DNA of 64,000 nucleotides from an uncultured Bacteroidota bacterium (GCA_963700635.1 CAVOYH010000003.1:480001-544000), one strand, 5' to 3'. Shown: positions 49,212 through 59,092, numbered from the stretch's first letter. Notes: generated by a model from the letters alone, not told the origin. Made by a program: numbers and translations.

Positions 49212-50537
49212 TCAGACATCACGGAGTACTTTTTCCGCGGCGGTTTCCCCGCTCTGAATTGCGCCTTCAATCGTGGCAGGAAGCCCGGTGTCTGTCCAGT
49301 CTCCAGCCAAAAAAAGGTTCGTTATGGATGTTTCCGATCCCGGACGCCGTTGCTCGGTCTCCGGGGTAAGAGAGACCGTTGCCCGCTTTTCACGTATGAC
49401 CAGGACATGACGGGGAGTCCCCACGCTGTTCCCGAAGACATCCCGTAACTCTTCCAGCGCCACCCTGACCAGCGCCTCCTGCGGCAGATCGACAAGACCG
49501 TGGGCGGCGCTGATGACGAGCGAAATATGAGTCTTCTTCCGAAAAATCCATTGTACGGTTTTCCCCATCAAACCCACCATTTCCCGATCCATAAAATCGG
49601 TGGCAAACCACAGATGTATGGAAACGATCGGGGAAACCGCCATCGGGATATCCGCTTCGAGTCCGTGGGGACGCCTCATCCCCGGGGGATAGAGCTCCAT
49701 TGCCCGTGCGTGCGGCACTGCGAGAAGGACAGACCGGCACGGAATATCCTTTCCATCACGAAGCCGAACTCCCGTAAGAATCTCCCCCTCTCTCACCAAT
49801 TCGCGGACATCAGCATTACAGCGAACCACTCCGCCGTGCGCCACAATGGCCTGCCGGGCGGGTTCCGCAAAAATCTGGCTGAGACCCGCCTCCGGAAAGA
49901 CAAGGGCTGCGTCGTGCCAGTGCCGCAAGAATGCAGTGTGCAGCGCATCCAGAAACGTGGCCGCAGAAGCGGTCTCAATACGTTCGTTCATGATAGAGAG
50001 GGCAAGAGGAGTCCAGAACGATGTGCGCACGCTTTCCGGTTGGCGGCATTGCTCAAGCCATTGCAAAATGGTTTTTCCATCGCGGGGTCTTTTTTTCGCT
50101 CCCGGACGGCGCCAAATGTCCAGACCGGCGCGAAGGACGAAAAATCGTTCAGCGGGAGTAAAAAGAGAGGATGTGAAAATCCCCCAGACCAGATGCATCG
50201 GAGCTGGAAGTGCTGCAAGCCGGAACTCAACAAATCCTTTCCGGGGATGGAAAAACGTGAGGGTGGGGCGCTGTTGAATTCTCAGCAAATGCCGTGAACC
50301 GATGGATTCAGCAAAGGCGAGCGTGCGGGTGTATCCGGCGATCAGAAGATGTTGTCCGTTGTCGACACTGTCACCGGTGACCGTGTCGGTAAACGATGAG
50401 GCGCGCCCCCCCAGTGCGGGACGTTGTTCCAGGAGAAGGACAGGGAGTCCTCCGGCGCTTAACCGCGCTGCCGCGGTGAGTCCGGCGAGTCCACCCCCGA
50501 CTACAATGACGGGGTCGCGGTTGTCTTGTCTTTCCAA
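49212..50537 (-). CDS. hpnE: Hydroxysqualene dehydroxylase HpnE
   Basis: GGGLAG FAD motif; GGRASSF..DNGQHLL; EKRAT; LAGDWTDTGLPATIEGAIQSG; follows hpnC-hpnD. Confidence 0.9.
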   Translation of the reverse strand: MERQDNRDPVIVVGGGLAGLTAAARLSAGGLPVLLLEQRPALGGRASSFTDTVTGDSVDNGQHLLIAGYTRTLAFAESIGSRHLLRIQQRPTLTFFHPRKGFVEFRLAALPAPMHLVWGIFTSSLFTPAERFFVLRAGLDIWRRPGAKKRPRDGKTILQWLEQCRQPESVRTSFWTPLALSIMNERIETASAATFLDALHTAFLRHWHDAALVFPEAGLSQIFAEPARQAIVAHGGVVRCNADVRELVREGEILTGVRLRDGKDIPCRSVLLAVPHARAMELYPPGMRRPHGLEADIPMAVSPIVSIHLWFATDFMDREMVGLMGKTVQWIFRKKTHISLVISAAHGLVDLPQEALVRVALEELRDVFGNSVGTPRHVLVIREKRATVSLTPETEQRRPGSETSITNLFLAGDWTDTGLPATIEGAIQSGETAAEKVLRDV

Positions 50538-51397
50538 CTCGGACCGCGTTTCATCCAGGAATACTTCAGGCGATGGCTCAGCCAGTACCGGAAGGCAATG
50601 AGCAGCTTCAAAAATTTTGAGATGGAGATACGGCGTTCGAACACGTCATAGTCGGATGCAATGATCCGGTTCAGGGTATGGGCGTAGATCGACCACATGA
50701 TCCGCGCGGCAAAGAAAAACCGTTTGTCCTCATCCTGAAGGGCTTCCCGTGCCAGATCAAAGTACCTGCTGGCACGGCCACATTCGAACCGCATGAGCTC
50801 GACGAATTGAGGCGTGTAGCGACTCTGAAGGAGGTCATCTTCGGAATAGCCGAACCGGCGTAGATCTTCCTGCGGGATGTAGATCCGTCCCCGCTTCGCA
50901 TCATCCTTGATATCGCGCAAAATATTGGTAAGCTGGAGGGCAATCCCGAGATTGATTGCATAATCACGCGTGGACTCATTCCGGTAGCCGAAGATATTCC
51001 GGCACATCAGGCCGACCGAAGATGCCACAAGATAACAATAGTCCTTCAGTTCATCGAATGTCTGGTACCGTGTCCGCGTCAGATCCATCTCCATCCCGTG
51101 GATAAGCTCGTAAAAATGTTCCACGGGAATGTGGAAGCGTCGGGCGGTAATGCTCAACTGGTTAAGCAATGGGAATGCCGACGTACCCCGCAGCGCTTTG
51201 CCGAGTTCCATGCGCCATTTCCGGAGGAGAACGACCTTATTCCGCTCGTCCCGTTCCTCATCAACAATATCGTCGGTCGTGCGGCAGAACGCGTACACGG
51301 TATGGATCGCCTCACGTTTTTGCCGGGGCAAAAGGGAGAACGAATAATAGAAGCTGGTGTTGCTGCTTCGTGTTATTGCTGTGGCCGAGGCGTTCAT
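50501..51397 (-). CDS. hpnD: Presqualene diphosphate synthase HpnD
   Basis: SFYYSF..YAFCRTTDDIVD and LQLTNILRDIKDDAKRGRIY motifs. Confidence 0.88.
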   Translation of the reverse strand: MNASATAITRSSNTSFYYSFSLLPRQKREAIHTVYAFCRTTDDIVDEERDERNKVVLLRKWRMELGKALRGTSAFPLLNQLSITARRFHIPVEHFYELIHGMEMDLTRTRYQTFDELKDYCYLVASSVGLMCRNIFGYRNESTRDYAINLGIALQLTNILRDIKDDAKRGRIYIPQEDLRRFGYSEDDLLQSRYTPQFVELMRFECGRASRYFDLAREALQDEDKRFFFAARIMWSIYAHTLNRIIASDYDVFERRISISKFLKLLIAFRYWLSHRLKYSWMKRGPSWKDKTTATPSL

Positions 51398-52263
51398 AAT
51401 GGACTATTCCCGACAGCTCCGAACAGCATCCGTGCCTTGTCTCCCGTGGTCAGGGTGGGACGGTTGTGCATAACAGTGTACTTCTCTCCAACGATACGTT
51501 CGAGGATAGCGAGCCCGCCTCTCAGGGTCATGGACAATTCAAGGCGGAGGCGGCCGGAGACCATAGTCAAGAGTGGAACACCATCCAGCAAAAACCCCCG
51601 GGCCCGATCCACCTGAAATGCCATCAAAGCCCGGAAACGGTCATCGCTGACCCCGCTGGCAATATCCGTTTCATTATAACCAAATCGTGCAAGATCGTCA
51701 AGCGGAACATACAACCGGCCGCGACTCCAATCCACAGAGAAGTCCTGGCAGAAGTTGGCAAGTTGAAGTCCGGTGCAGAGTGCATCGGAAGAAATCCTGG
51801 TTTCCGGACTGGAAACCCCGAAGAGGTGCAGGACGAGGTGTCCGACCGGATTGGCCGAAAAACGGCAGTATGAATGTAATTCTGCAAAAGTGGGATACCG
51901 TTTGACGGTAACGTCCATGCGGAAAGCCCGAAGGAGATCGTCCAGCGGCTTTTGGGGCAGACCTGTTTTGCGGATGGTTTCCTTGAGAGCAATGAACACC
52001 GGATGATCCGCCTGCCCGCCGTACACCTGATCGAGTTTCTTCTGCCAATCATCCAGGAGTTGGAGACGTTCAGCAGCTTCCCGGGCTCCCTCATCGGCAA
52101 AATCGTCAGCCAGGCGCGCAAAAGCGTAGACGACCGCGACAAAGGGACGAATGGCATGGGGAATTGCCAGTGAGGCAACTGGGAAGTTCTCGTAATGGGA
52201 CCGGGCGATTGCCTCGCAGTAGGCAAATGCATTCCGGACAGTATCCGCATGACCCTTGCTCAT
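51394..52263 (-). CDS. hpnC: Hydroxysqualene synthase HpnC
   Basis: HYENFPVAS, YAFARLADDFADEG, YCRFSANPVG and LQLANFCQD motifs. Confidence 0.92.
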   Translation of the reverse strand: MSKGHADTVRNAFAYCEAIARSHYENFPVASLAIPHAIRPFVAVVYAFARLADDFADEGAREAAERLQLLDDWQKKLDQVYGGQADHPVFIALKETIRKTGLPQKPLDDLLRAFRMDVTVKRYPTFAELHSYCRFSANPVGHLVLHLFGVSSPETRISSDALCTGLQLANFCQDFSVDWSRGRLYVPLDDLARFGYNETDIASGVSDDRFRALMAFQVDRARGFLLDGVPLLTMVSGRLRLELSMTLRGGLAILERIVGEKYTVMHNRPTLTTGDKARMLFGAVGNSPL

Positions 52264-52268
52264 AGTGG

Positions 52269-52297
52269 AAGATATCCATTGACCCGGAAAAGGTCAA
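52269..52297 (-). promoter_or_regulatory. sigma-70-type promoter of hpnC (leaderless geometry) overlapped by a palindrome
   Basis: Minus strand TTGACC-N17-TATCTT, then 5 nt to the ATG; ATTGACC-N7-GGTCAAT inverted repeat at 52278-52298. Confidence 0.62.
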
Positions 52298-52302
52298 TCA
52301 TC

Positions 52303-52331
52303 TTGCTCTTTTGGCCGGATTCGCGTATCTT
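52303..52331 (+). promoter_or_regulatory. sigma-70-type promoter of tRNA-Met-tilS-hpt-ftsH
   Basis: TTGCTC-N17-TATCTT, ending 16 nt before the tRNA. Confidence 0.62.
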
Positions 52332-52347
52332 GTGGAACAATACACGA

Positions 52348-52421
52348 GGCGGGATAGCTCAGATGGTTAGAGCAGTGGAATCATAATCCACGTGTCGGGG
52401 GTTCGAATCCCTCTCCCGCTA
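52348..52421 (+). tRNA. tRNA with CAT anticodon, most likely elongator tRNA-Met; CCA not encoded
   Basis: Acceptor stem GGCGGGA/TCCCGCT plus discriminator A; D arm GCTC..GAGC; anticodon stem GTGGA/TCCAC around loop ATCATAA; T loop GTTCGAATC. Confidence 0.95.
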
Positions 52422-52425
52422 CGAC

Positions 52426-53823
52426 ATGATGGCTGCGTCATTGAATCTGCCGGCCCGGTTCCGTGAGTTTGTGGACGCTCACAACCTGATTGCCAGGCAT
52501 GACAGTATTGTGGTGGCGGTCAGTGGCGGTGTGGATTCAATTGTGCTTTTGCACCTGCTGGCCGGTGAGCGGACGCGCCGGGATCTGCATATTCTGGTTG
52601 CACACTTTAATCACCAGTTGCGCGGTGACGAAGCGGAGGCAGACCAGGTCTTCGTCGGCGGACTCGCAACGCACTATGGTGTGCCTTTCCAGGCTGGACG
52701 GGGTTGTGTCAAGCAAGAGGCTGCGTCCAGGGGTATCGGTATTGAGGAAGCAGCCCGTTCCTTACGCTATACCTTCCTCGATGAGGTCAGAACCCTCCGG
52801 ACATACACACGGATCGCGACAGGGCACAACGCTGACGATAACACCGAGACCGTTTTGCTTAACCTGTTCCGCGGTTCAGGGATCCGGGGCCTGGCCGGAA
52901 TCCCGGTTTCGCGCAATGACGGAAGCATCATCCGTCCGCTGTTATTTGCAACGAGAGAAGAAATCCTCGCGTATGCATCGGCATCCGGGCTGGAATACCG
53001 TGAAGATACCACCAACGCAACAGACGCCCATGTACGGAATATTCTCCGTCATCACGTGCTGCCGGTGGTCAGGGAAAAAATTCAACCGGATGTGACCCGG
53101 GCCGTGCTTCGCACGTCAGGGCTGTTTCGCGAGCTGGATGTGTATGTCACGCAGGTTGCACGCACCGGCCTCGACCAGGTTGTGACTCGTCGTACCGGCG
53201 AGGAGGTGCTTCTCTCGGTTCCCCTCCTCCAGCGTTTCCCGGGAGCAATACAATCTGCTCTTCTCGTCCAGGCTACGATCTTGCTGACGGGATTACGTCC
53301 CGGCTTCAAACACACGGAACGACTCCTCCGGCTTTGTTCGTCAAAGGTCGGCGCAACGATCGGACTCGGGACAGATTGGCAGGCCTCCCGGACGCGTGAT
53401 GGGCTCCGGATCGGCAAGCGGCCACCCCGGGAACAGTTTGTTTATACCGTTCAGCCGGATACGTTGTACACGGCGGCGGGAGGAGAGTTTCGCTTTACTC
53501 TCCTGGACCGGACCGCCTATGACGCGGCGCCCAGGGCGGAGGGGGAATATGTTGACGCGGCCCGCACCGGACACACCGGGCTCGTCCTGCGGTCATGGCA
53601 ACGTGGTGACCGTTTTGTGCCGCTCGGCATGCACCGACACAAAAAGCTGAGCGATTTGTTCGTCGATGCCGGTATCCCGGCATATCAAAAGTACCGGTAT
53701 CCGGTACTGGCGTCCGCCTCCGGCGACATCATCTGGGTATGCGGATTGCGGATCGACAATCGCTTCAAAGTCACGGACAGCACCACCCAGGTGTTACGGC
53801 TTCAGTTTTTTCAGGGAGAGTGA
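52426..53823 (+). CDS. tilS: tRNA(Ile)-lysidine synthetase
   Basis: PP-loop AVSGGVDS; HFNHQLR, ARSLRY, TGHNADD and RPLL motifs; C-terminal KKLSDLF domain. Confidence 0.95.
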   Translation: MMAASLNLPARFREFVDAHNLIARHDSIVVAVSGGVDSIVLLHLLAGERTRRDLHILVAHFNHQLRGDEAEADQVFVGGLATHYGVPFQAGRGCVKQEAASRGIGIEEAARSLRYTFLDEVRTLRTYTRIATGHNADDNTETVLLNLFRGSGIRGLAGIPVSRNDGSIIRPLLFATREEILAYASASGLEYREDTTNATDAHVRNILRHHVLPVVREKIQPDVTRAVLRTSGLFRELDVYVTQVARTGLDQVVTRRTGEEVLLSVPLLQRFPGAIQSALLVQATILLTGLRPGFKHTERLLRLCSSKVGATIGLGTDWQASRTRDGLRIGKRPPREQFVYTVQPDTLYTAAGGEFRFTLLDRTAYDAAPRAEGEYVDAARTGHTGLVLRSWQRGDRFVPLGMHRHKKLSDLFVDAGIPAYQKYRYPVLASASGDIIWVCGLRIDNRFKVTDSTTQVLRLQFFQGE

Positions 53824-53831
53824 ACGAACGT

Positions 53832-54374
53832 ATGGCGAAGCACCTCACCGTAAACGGTGATACATTCGAGCTGATGATCAGCGAACGCAAGATCAAGAAC
53901 CGCATCAAGGAGCTGGCGGCGGATCTTAACAGGGATTACCGGGGCAGAACTCCGGTGTTCATCGGCATCCTCAACGGCTCTTTTATCTTCTTCGCCGATC
54001 TGATACGCGAAATCACCATCGGCTGTGAAGTTGATTTTCTCAAGCTTTCAAGCTATGGCGACGCAAAAATCAGCTCCGGTAACGTGCGGCTGCTGAAAGA
54101 CTTAAACTGTGAGGTCACCGGCCGCGATATCATTATCGTGGAAGATATCGTGGATTCGGGCCTTTCCATGAAGTATATCCGGGATTTGATTCTCCGACAG
54201 AACCCGCTCTCATTCAAAGTTGTTACACTGTTGTACAAGCCGGCATCGGTAAAAAGTGATATACAGCTCGACTATGTCGGTTTTACGATCAATCCGGAGT
54301 TTGTCATAGGGTACGGATTGGATTATGCTCAACGGGAACGAAATCTCAAAGCCATCTACAAAATGAAATCCTGA
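53832..54374 (+). CDS. hpt: Hypoxanthine phosphoribosyltransferase
   Basis: ILNGSFIF, SSYG, IIVEDIVDSG and FVIGYGLDY motifs; tilS-hpt-ftsH synteny. Confidence 0.95.
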   Translation: MAKHLTVNGDTFELMISERKIKNRIKELAADLNRDYRGRTPVFIGILNGSFIFFADLIREITIGCEVDFLKLSSYGDAKISSGNVRLLKDLNCEVTGRDIIIVEDIVDSGLSMKYIRDLILRQNPLSFKVVTLLYKPASVKSDIQLDYVGFTINPEFVIGYGLDYAQRERNLKAIYKMKS

Positions 54375-54383
54375 AACAAACGT

Positions 54384-56441
54384 ATGAACAATTCGAAAAA
54401 TACCGACAACGGCGGCCGTAAGGGTCCCGACAACAAACGTGGCCTCCAGCGCCCGCAGCGGAACAAAAAGCCGGGACCACCTTTCCGCCAGGAAGACGAC
54501 TTCAACTGGAACAAAGTCCTCAAAGTCGTCCTGAGCTGGTCTGCCATCATTCTGCTCGTGTTTCTTGTGATGACCCTGTTCAAGGGCACAGAGCCGACCG
54601 AGGTGGCCATCACAGACACAGAGTACCAGGGATTCCTGCAGCAGAACCATATCAAGCGTGCAACGATTAAGAAATCGGAACTTACCAACTATGATTTCCA
54701 CGGCGAGTTAAAATCTCCTCAACGAGTGGAACGGAACGGACGCGAAATCCCTGTCACGCATTTTGTCCTGACATTGCTTGTCATCGACAACGATGTCGTC
54801 AAGGACTGGAGAGCCCATGGTGTGGAGTTCACGGTTGAAAAGGAAGATAATTTCTGGGTGAACGGACTCGTGAACGCCCTGCCCTGGGTGCTTTTGCTGG
54901 TGGTCTGGCTGATCATCATGCGCCGGATGCAGGGGGCCGGGCCCAAGGGGATCTTCTCTTTCGGAAAAAGCAGGGCAAAAGTGCTCAACGAAGGCGCTCC
55001 GCGTATTACCTTCCTCGATGTGGCAGGAGCGGATGAGGCGAAGCAGGAATTGATGGAGATCATTGAATTCCTCAAAGAACCGGGCAAGTTCCAGAAACTG
55101 GGTGGCAAGATACCACGCGGCGTCATTTTACTCGGCCCTCCGGGTACCGGCAAGACCCTCCTGGCACGTGCTATTGCCGGTGAAGCGGGCGTTCCGTTCT
55201 TTTCGATCTCGGGTGCGGATTTTGTAGAGATGTTTGTGGGCGTTGGTGCAAGCCGCGTTCGCGATCTTTTTGAGCAGGGGAAAAAGAGTGCGCCCTGTAT
55301 TATCTTCATCGACGAAATTGATGCCGTGGGCCGTCACCGCGGTGCTGGACTGGGCGGTGGCCACGACGAACGGGAACAGACGTTGAACCAGCTTCTCGTG
55401 GAAATGGACGGATTCGAGCAGAACAGCGGTGTCATCATCATTGCAGCAACGAACCGCCCGGACGTCCTTGATCCCGCGCTCATGCGCCCCGGCCGCTTTG
55501 ACCGTCAGGTGGTCGTCGACCGCCCGGATGTCAAAGGCCGCGAAGGCATCCTGCGCGTGCATACCAAGAACATCCCCCTCTCCGACGACGTCAAACTGGA
55601 GGTCCTTGCAAAGGGAACACCGGGTCTCGCCGGTGCGGAACTTGCAAATCTTGTCAACGAAGCGGCGCTGCTTGCCGCCCGCCAGAATGCGCGCTCGGTG
55701 AATATGCAACACTTCGAAGATTCCAAGGACAAGGTGATGATGGGTATGGAACGGAAGAGCCTCATCATCTCCGAAGAGGAACGTAAGATAACGTCATACC
55801 ACGAAATCGGCCATGTGCTTGTTGCCCGCATGCTTCCGGAAGCCGATCCGGTGCATAAGGTCACGATTATTCCACGCGGCCGGGCGCTGGGACTTACAAC
55901 CTATCTGCCCATTGATGAAAAGCATACCTACTCCAAGGCCTATCTGGAGGCGATGATCACGTATGCACTGGGCGGCCGCGCGGCCGAGAAGCTGATTTTC
56001 AAACAACTCACAACCGGCGCCGGAAATGATATCGAACGGGCCACGGATATCGCCCGCAAAATGGTCTGTGAGTGGGGTATGAGCGAGAAATTGGGCCCGC
56101 TGGCGTACGGACAGAAGGATGAAGAGATCTTTCTCGGGCGTCAGATTACCCGCCATAAGAACTACAGCGAAGAGACTGCCATCACTATTGATGATGAGAT
56201 CAAGAAGATCGTATCCGGTGGCCTCAAACGTGCGGAAAAGATTCTTACCGAAAACGTAAAGACCCTCCACCGGCTCGCATCGGCCCTCCTGGAGCGCGAA
56301 ATCCTGGATTCCACCGAAATTGATGCGGTGATTCGCGGTGAGGAACTTCCACCCGTCGAAAAACGCGGAAACGGTACACCCCCGCAGCTGCCTGAGAGTC
56401 CGCCGGACAAGGCACCGGATTCAGCTGCAACAAAAAGATGA
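54384..56441 (+). CDS. ftsH: ATP-dependent zinc metalloprotease FtsH
   Basis: 2 TM; [15 protein letters not shown] and RPGRFDR motifs; HEIGH zinc motif. Confidence 0.98.
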   Translation: MNNSKNTDNGGRKGPDNKRGLQRPQRNKKPGPPFRQEDDFNWNKVLKVVLSWSAIILLVFLVMTLFKGTEPTEVAITDTEYQGFLQQNHIKRATIKKSELTNYDFHGELKSPQRVERNGREIPVTHFVLTLLVIDNDVVKDWRAHGVEFTVEKEDNFWVNGLVNALPWVLLLVVWLIIMRRMQGAGPKGIFSFGKSRAKVLNEGAPRITFLDVAGADEAKQELMEIIEFLKEPGKFQKLGGKIPRGVILLGPPGTGKTLLARAIAGEAGVPFFSISGADFVEMFVGVGASRVRDLFEQGKKSAPCIIFIDEIDAVGRHRGAGLGGGHDEREQTLNQLLVEMDGFEQNSGVIIIAATNRPDVLDPALMRPGRFDRQVVVDRPDVKGREGILRVHTKNIPLSDDVKLEVLAKGTPGLAGAELANLVNEAALLAARQNARSVNMQHFEDSKDKVMMGMERKSLIISEEERKITSYHEIGHVLVARMLPEADPVHKVTIIPRGRALGLTTYLPIDEKHTYSKAYLEAMITYALGGRAAEKLIFKQLTTGAGNDIERATDIARKMVCEWGMSEKLGPLAYGQKDEEIFLGRQITRHKNYSEETAITIDDEIKKIVSGGLKRAEKILTENVKTLHRLASALLEREILDSTEIDAVIRGEELPPVEKRGNGTPPQLPESPPDKAPDSAATKR

Positions 56442-57106
56442 CCGGGCCACAAAGTGTCGAGACAAGCTATTCATCCGAGCTCGTACGGAAGGCGATCCAT
56501 ATGTGCTCGCTCTCGATCCCGGTTGTCTATTTTTTCATCTCCAGGTCGACCGCGCTCTCCATTCTGATCCCGCTCACGCTCTTCTTCGGACTTTCCGATC
56601 TGGGGCGGCTCTTTATCCCTGCATTCGGGCGGCTCTACCACCGCCTCTTTGGGTTCCTGCTCCGCAACCGCGAACGGAACACACAGCGCCGTCGCCTCAA
56701 TGGCGCAACCTACGTTCTGCTCTCTGCGACACTCTGTGTCTGGTTGTTCCCGAAAATCATCGTTATCACCGCATTCGCCATTTTGATCATCTCGGATACC
56801 GCCGCGGCCCTGATCGGCCGTAAATTCGGCCGCCACCCGCTTTTTGGCAAGACGCGTGAGGGAACAACAGCATTCTTCGTGACGGCGCTGCTTGTGGTTG
56901 CCGTTGCACCAAAAGTCCTCTATCTCCCCGCAGAATATATGATCGGCGTCGCCGCGGCCTTTGTCGGAACATTCGTGGAAGCTCTCTCAGGGGACCTGAT
57001 CGATGATAATCTCAGCATCCCTCTTGCCATCAGCCTCGTCATGTGGGGACTGTACGTCTTGCTTCTGCCTTCCATCAATGTGTTTGCGCTCGAAGGAGCA
57101 GGCTGA
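56438..57106 (+). CDS. CTP-dependent polyprenol/phytol/diacylglycerol kinase (SEC59/VTE5/DGK1 family)
   Basis: ELVRKAIH, SDTAAALIGRKFG..KTREG and DDNL motifs; multi-TM; ATGA overlap with ftsH. Confidence 0.82.
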   Translation: MTGPQSVETSYSSELVRKAIHMCSLSIPVVYFFISRSTALSILIPLTLFFGLSDLGRLFIPAFGRLYHRLFGFLLRNRERNTQRRRLNGATYVLLSATLCVWLFPKIIVITAFAILIISDTAAALIGRKFGRHPLFGKTREGTTAFFVTALLVVAVAPKVLYLPAEYMIGVAAAFVGTFVEALSGDLIDDNLSIPLAISLVMWGLYVLLLPSINVFALEGAG

Positions 57107-57585
57107 TGCGTGTGTACCTCTCGGGGGGCATGGAATACGCTACGGATGAGGGCCGTTCGTGGCGGGAAGATCTTGAACTCTGGCTTGCAAACGAACTGGG
57201 ATGGCTGTCATTCAACCCCAACCGGGAAAGCGACCGGTTCCTGGCCACCCACACTCCAGACACACTATTCCGTACTCTCAAGACCAGTGACCGCAGAAGA
57301 TTTCTGGACCTCGTTACCCAGATCGTCGACATCGACAGCAATGAGGTGGCGGAACGGGCCGACTGTGTGATCTGTTACTGGGATGAGGGAGCCATGCGTG
57401 GCGCGGGAACCAAGGGTGAACTGACTATCGCCCGGTATTTCAGGAAGCCGGTCTATCTTGTCACACAGACGCCTTTCGCCGAGATCCCCGGCTGGGTGCT
57501 GGGGTGCACCACCGAAATGTTCGGGAGTTTTGAGGACCTGAAGGCGTTTCTACGAAACATACCCCGTCAACACGGCGGCCGCTGA
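57106..57585 (+). CDS. Nucleoside 2-deoxyribosyltransferase-like protein
   Basis: VYLSGGM..WRE..FNP..D..AD.VI..GTKGE...A...KPV pattern; TGATG coupling with the upstream gene. Confidence 0.7.
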   Translation: MRVYLSGGMEYATDEGRSWREDLELWLANELGWLSFNPNRESDRFLATHTPDTLFRTLKTSDRRRFLDLVTQIVDIDSNEVAERADCVICYWDEGAMRGAGTKGELTIARYFRKPVYLVTQTPFAEIPGWVLGCTTEMFGSFEDLKAFLRNIPRQHGGR

Positions 57586-57586
57586 C

Positions 57587-59092
57587 CTACCTCTCCAGCA
57601 CATCCTTCACCGTTATCACCCTGATGTTCTCCTCTTTTACCAGAAGGGGAAAGACTGCGATTTCCCTGTCAGCAGCAAGCACGGCTTCCGGCTTTGGAGT
57701 CGAATAACTGATCGGACTCGGTGTGCCCGTGAGCAGCGCATCACGCAGAGCCGCACCGTCCTTCGTGATAATGGCTATGTGCATCATCCCGATGTGCAGG
57801 TTTCTTCTGATGGCGGCATTCACTTCTTCCCGCGACAGTTCATCCATCATCGTGCGGAACTTCTCAAGATGACTACCCTCAATCCCGTAGAACCGGTCGT
57901 CAAGCGCATACCCCAGCCGTGCCATTGTTGTCGGTGCAAAATGCAGCGCGTACTTCTTCAGGAAGTTCCGGGTCTGCTGGAATTGCTCTTCGGTGAGACC
58001 CTGTTCCACCAGGGTCTTGAGCTCCCGGAGCGCCGCGCGCAGGGCAAAGACGCCGTGCTCAAGAGGAACCGGACGAATCCAGATTTCGAACAGATGAAGT
58101 CTGCGCGCAACATTCTGCGGCGGCATCTGAAGCGAGCCGCCATACGGAAAGTGCTCGATATATGAGTAGTCTCCATAATTCAACCCGCGCGCCTCGCGGA
58201 TTACCTGATACAAATGACTGCTCGAGTTACGGTGCTCTCCAAACCAGGAATTTGCGATAGCCAGGGCATACCATTCCCTGTCGCCGCGCACCGGCCGGAT
58301 AGGGAATCCCATCGACAGTGCCGTTGCAGGCGCATCCTTTTCGAGGATCGTGACGGATAACCCGTTGATCGGCACAGGCATTGGCATGGGCGCCGGCAGC
58401 GTGGCTCCGGACGGAAGAGTCCCCAGATCCACAGCGAGACGGCGGATCAGGTCATCGTCATATCCCCCGCCCACACCCGGCACCACGTTATCCCGGGTAT
58501 AATACAACGTATAGAACATCCTGACGTCATCAAGAGTGATTCGCTTCACACCTTCCACAGTCCCCATGACGGTGTGTCCGTAACACGAACCAGCAAACAC
58601 ATCGGAATAGAGAACTGCCTTCCCGAGCTCTTCATCGTTTGAATACCGCAGCGTGTTTTCAAGATAGTTGATCGTCTGGCTCTTGATCCGGTCCAGATCC
58701 TCTTGTGTAAATGCGGGGGAGAGGATGGCTTCCGTGAAAAAGGGATAAAACGCCGGGAGGTTGTCCTTGTGGACACGCCCCATGAAGACCGTCATTTCTG
58801 TCGACACGGATGCACTGTAACCCGCCGCAAGAGGATACAGTTTGTCAAGAATCTGCGCATAGGTGTGCGTCCGCGTGGAAGCATCTGCGAGCATCTGACC
58901 GGTGACATACGCAAGACCTTCTTTCCCGGTTGGGTCACGCTGGGATCCTGTTTTGAACCATATCCGGAATGAAACCGTGGGGTCGTTCTTGACGGGCAGC
59001 AGGACAAACGTACTCGCATTCACAGGTTGACCTCCGGCTTCAGGAACGGAGAAGAGTAGGAGCAAGACGACGATGGCTGCGAAACTTTTCAT
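57587..59092 (-). CDS. M16 peptidase-like protein, non-catalytic subunit
   Basis: GSQRDPTGKEGLA without HxxEH; R/Y motif IREARGLNYGDYS; signal peptide. Confidence 0.85.
   Translation of the reverse strand: MKSFAAIVVLLLLFSVPEAGGQPVNASTFVLLPVKNDPTVSFRIWFKTGSQRDPTGKEGLAYVTGQMLADASTRTHTYAQILDKLYPLAAGYSASVSTEMTVFMGRVHKDNLPAFYPFFTEAILSPAFTQEDLDRIKSQTINYLENTLRYSNDEELGKAVLYSDVFAGSCYGHTVMGTVEGVKRITLDDVRMFYTLYYTRDNVVPGVGGGYDDDLIRRLAVDLGTLPSGATLPAPMPMPVPINGLSVTILEKDAPATALSMGFPIRPVRGDREWYALAIANSWFGEHRNSSSHLYQVIREARGLNYGDYSYIEHFPYGGSLQMPPQNVARRLHLFEIWIRPVPLEHGVFALRAALRELKTLVEQGLTEEQFQQTRNFLKKYALHFAPTTMARLGYALDDRFYGIEGSHLEKFRTMMDELSREEVNAAIRRNLHIGMMHIAIITKDGAALRDALLTGTPSPISYSTPKPEAVLAADREIAVFPLLVKEENIRVITVKDVLER

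Noticed and set aside
52348-52430. tRNA as an integration site
   Set aside because: No integrase, no duplicated tRNA 3' end seen, and both flanks are housekeeping genes.
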